Below are positions 63,841 through 64,000 of a stretch of 64,000 bases of DNA, in pieces. This DNA comes from Clostridiales bacterium (lineage in GTDB: Bacteria > Bacillota > Dehalobacteriia > UBA7702). Position numbers and translations under genes: made by a program. The DNA lies in the NCBI GenBank assembly GCA_040776805.1, contig JAXGZS010000001.1, positions 413,016 to 477,015 on the forward strand. The letters run 5' to 3'. Below the pieces are notes generated by a model. It did not search any database and was not told where the DNA came from. It saw only the letters and a program-made list of their open reading frames with translations. Positions within the stretch are counted from its first letter, which is position 1. Each line of letters starts with the position of its first letter.

Positions 63841-64000
63841 TCAACTCTCCGGCGGCGTCAGCACGAAGGCTTCGTTGATGTCGTAAAAATGGATGAGGAC
63901 CTCTAAGCGGTTTTGCGCATCGGTGCGGGAGGCGGCATAGATCACGGCTTCCTCGATCTGTCCCGTTCTGCCGTTGACGCCGACTTTGTAGGTAAAGTCG
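63841..64000 (-). CDS. C-terminal end of an unidentified CDS that continues beyond the window edge
   Basis: The minus-strand frame reads ...DFTYKVGVNGRTGQIEEAVIYAASRTDAQNRLEVLIHFYDINEAFVLTPPES and ends in a TGA at 63841-63843. Confidence 0.45.
   Translation of the reverse strand, partial: DFTYKVGVNGRTGQIEEAVIYAASRTDAQNRLEVLIHFYDINEAFVLTPPES

Overview
This is a 64 kb chromosomal segment that looks like it comes from a spore-forming, strictly anaerobic Firmicute (Clostridia-like). The evidence is a spoVAC-spoVAD-spoVAEB operon, spmA/spmB, an energy-converting [NiFe] hydrogenase (echABCDEF) with hypABFCDE maturation genes, consistent GGAGG-type ribosome-binding sites and ~55% GC. Gene density is high, and many adjacent genes are translationally coupled through ATGA/TGATG overlaps.

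Reading left to right, the recognisable content is:
- an aminotransferase gene tail, a radical SAM gene, a small Cys-rich membrane protein, a sortase-like gene and an LtaS-like gene;
- the uraA-upp operon (minus strand);
- echABCDEF-hypA, a structured 400-bp spacer, then hypB-hypF-hypCDE, with hypF disrupted by a frameshift and an in-frame TAG;
- a lipid kinase gene, then a birA-bioY-bioB-bioD-bioA operon on the minus strand with a textbook promoter and overlapping BirA operator;
- a minus-strand operon of an EamA transporter, a TIM-barrel sugar-phosphate isomerase and a NuoE/NuoF/(HydA-like+GltD) trio that resembles the Sporomusa-type Nfn transhydrogenase StnABC;
- pncB and the spoVA operon;
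- a cobalamin riboswitch with no gene downstream of it;
- a nitroreductase gene and a LexA-like regulator;
- a 43-codon ORF that is 47% cysteine, encoded in a (GCN)n repeat divergent from spmAB;
- an rluB-FAH-flavoprotein-tandem-aldolase operon, serA, sufCB, a lysA-like gene, tRNA-Leu(UAA) and a small accessory patch (XRE regulator, Spo0A-C-like protein, divergent thymidylate-synthase-family gene);
- a DUF47-PiT pair, an LRR protein, hepS/hepT-like genes, speH, a YhgE/Pip membrane protein and a TetR regulator.

I found no CRISPR array, rRNA, integrase or transposase. All coordinates, starts and motif calls come from reading the sequence directly, with no database searches. Product names are inferences from remembered family signatures.
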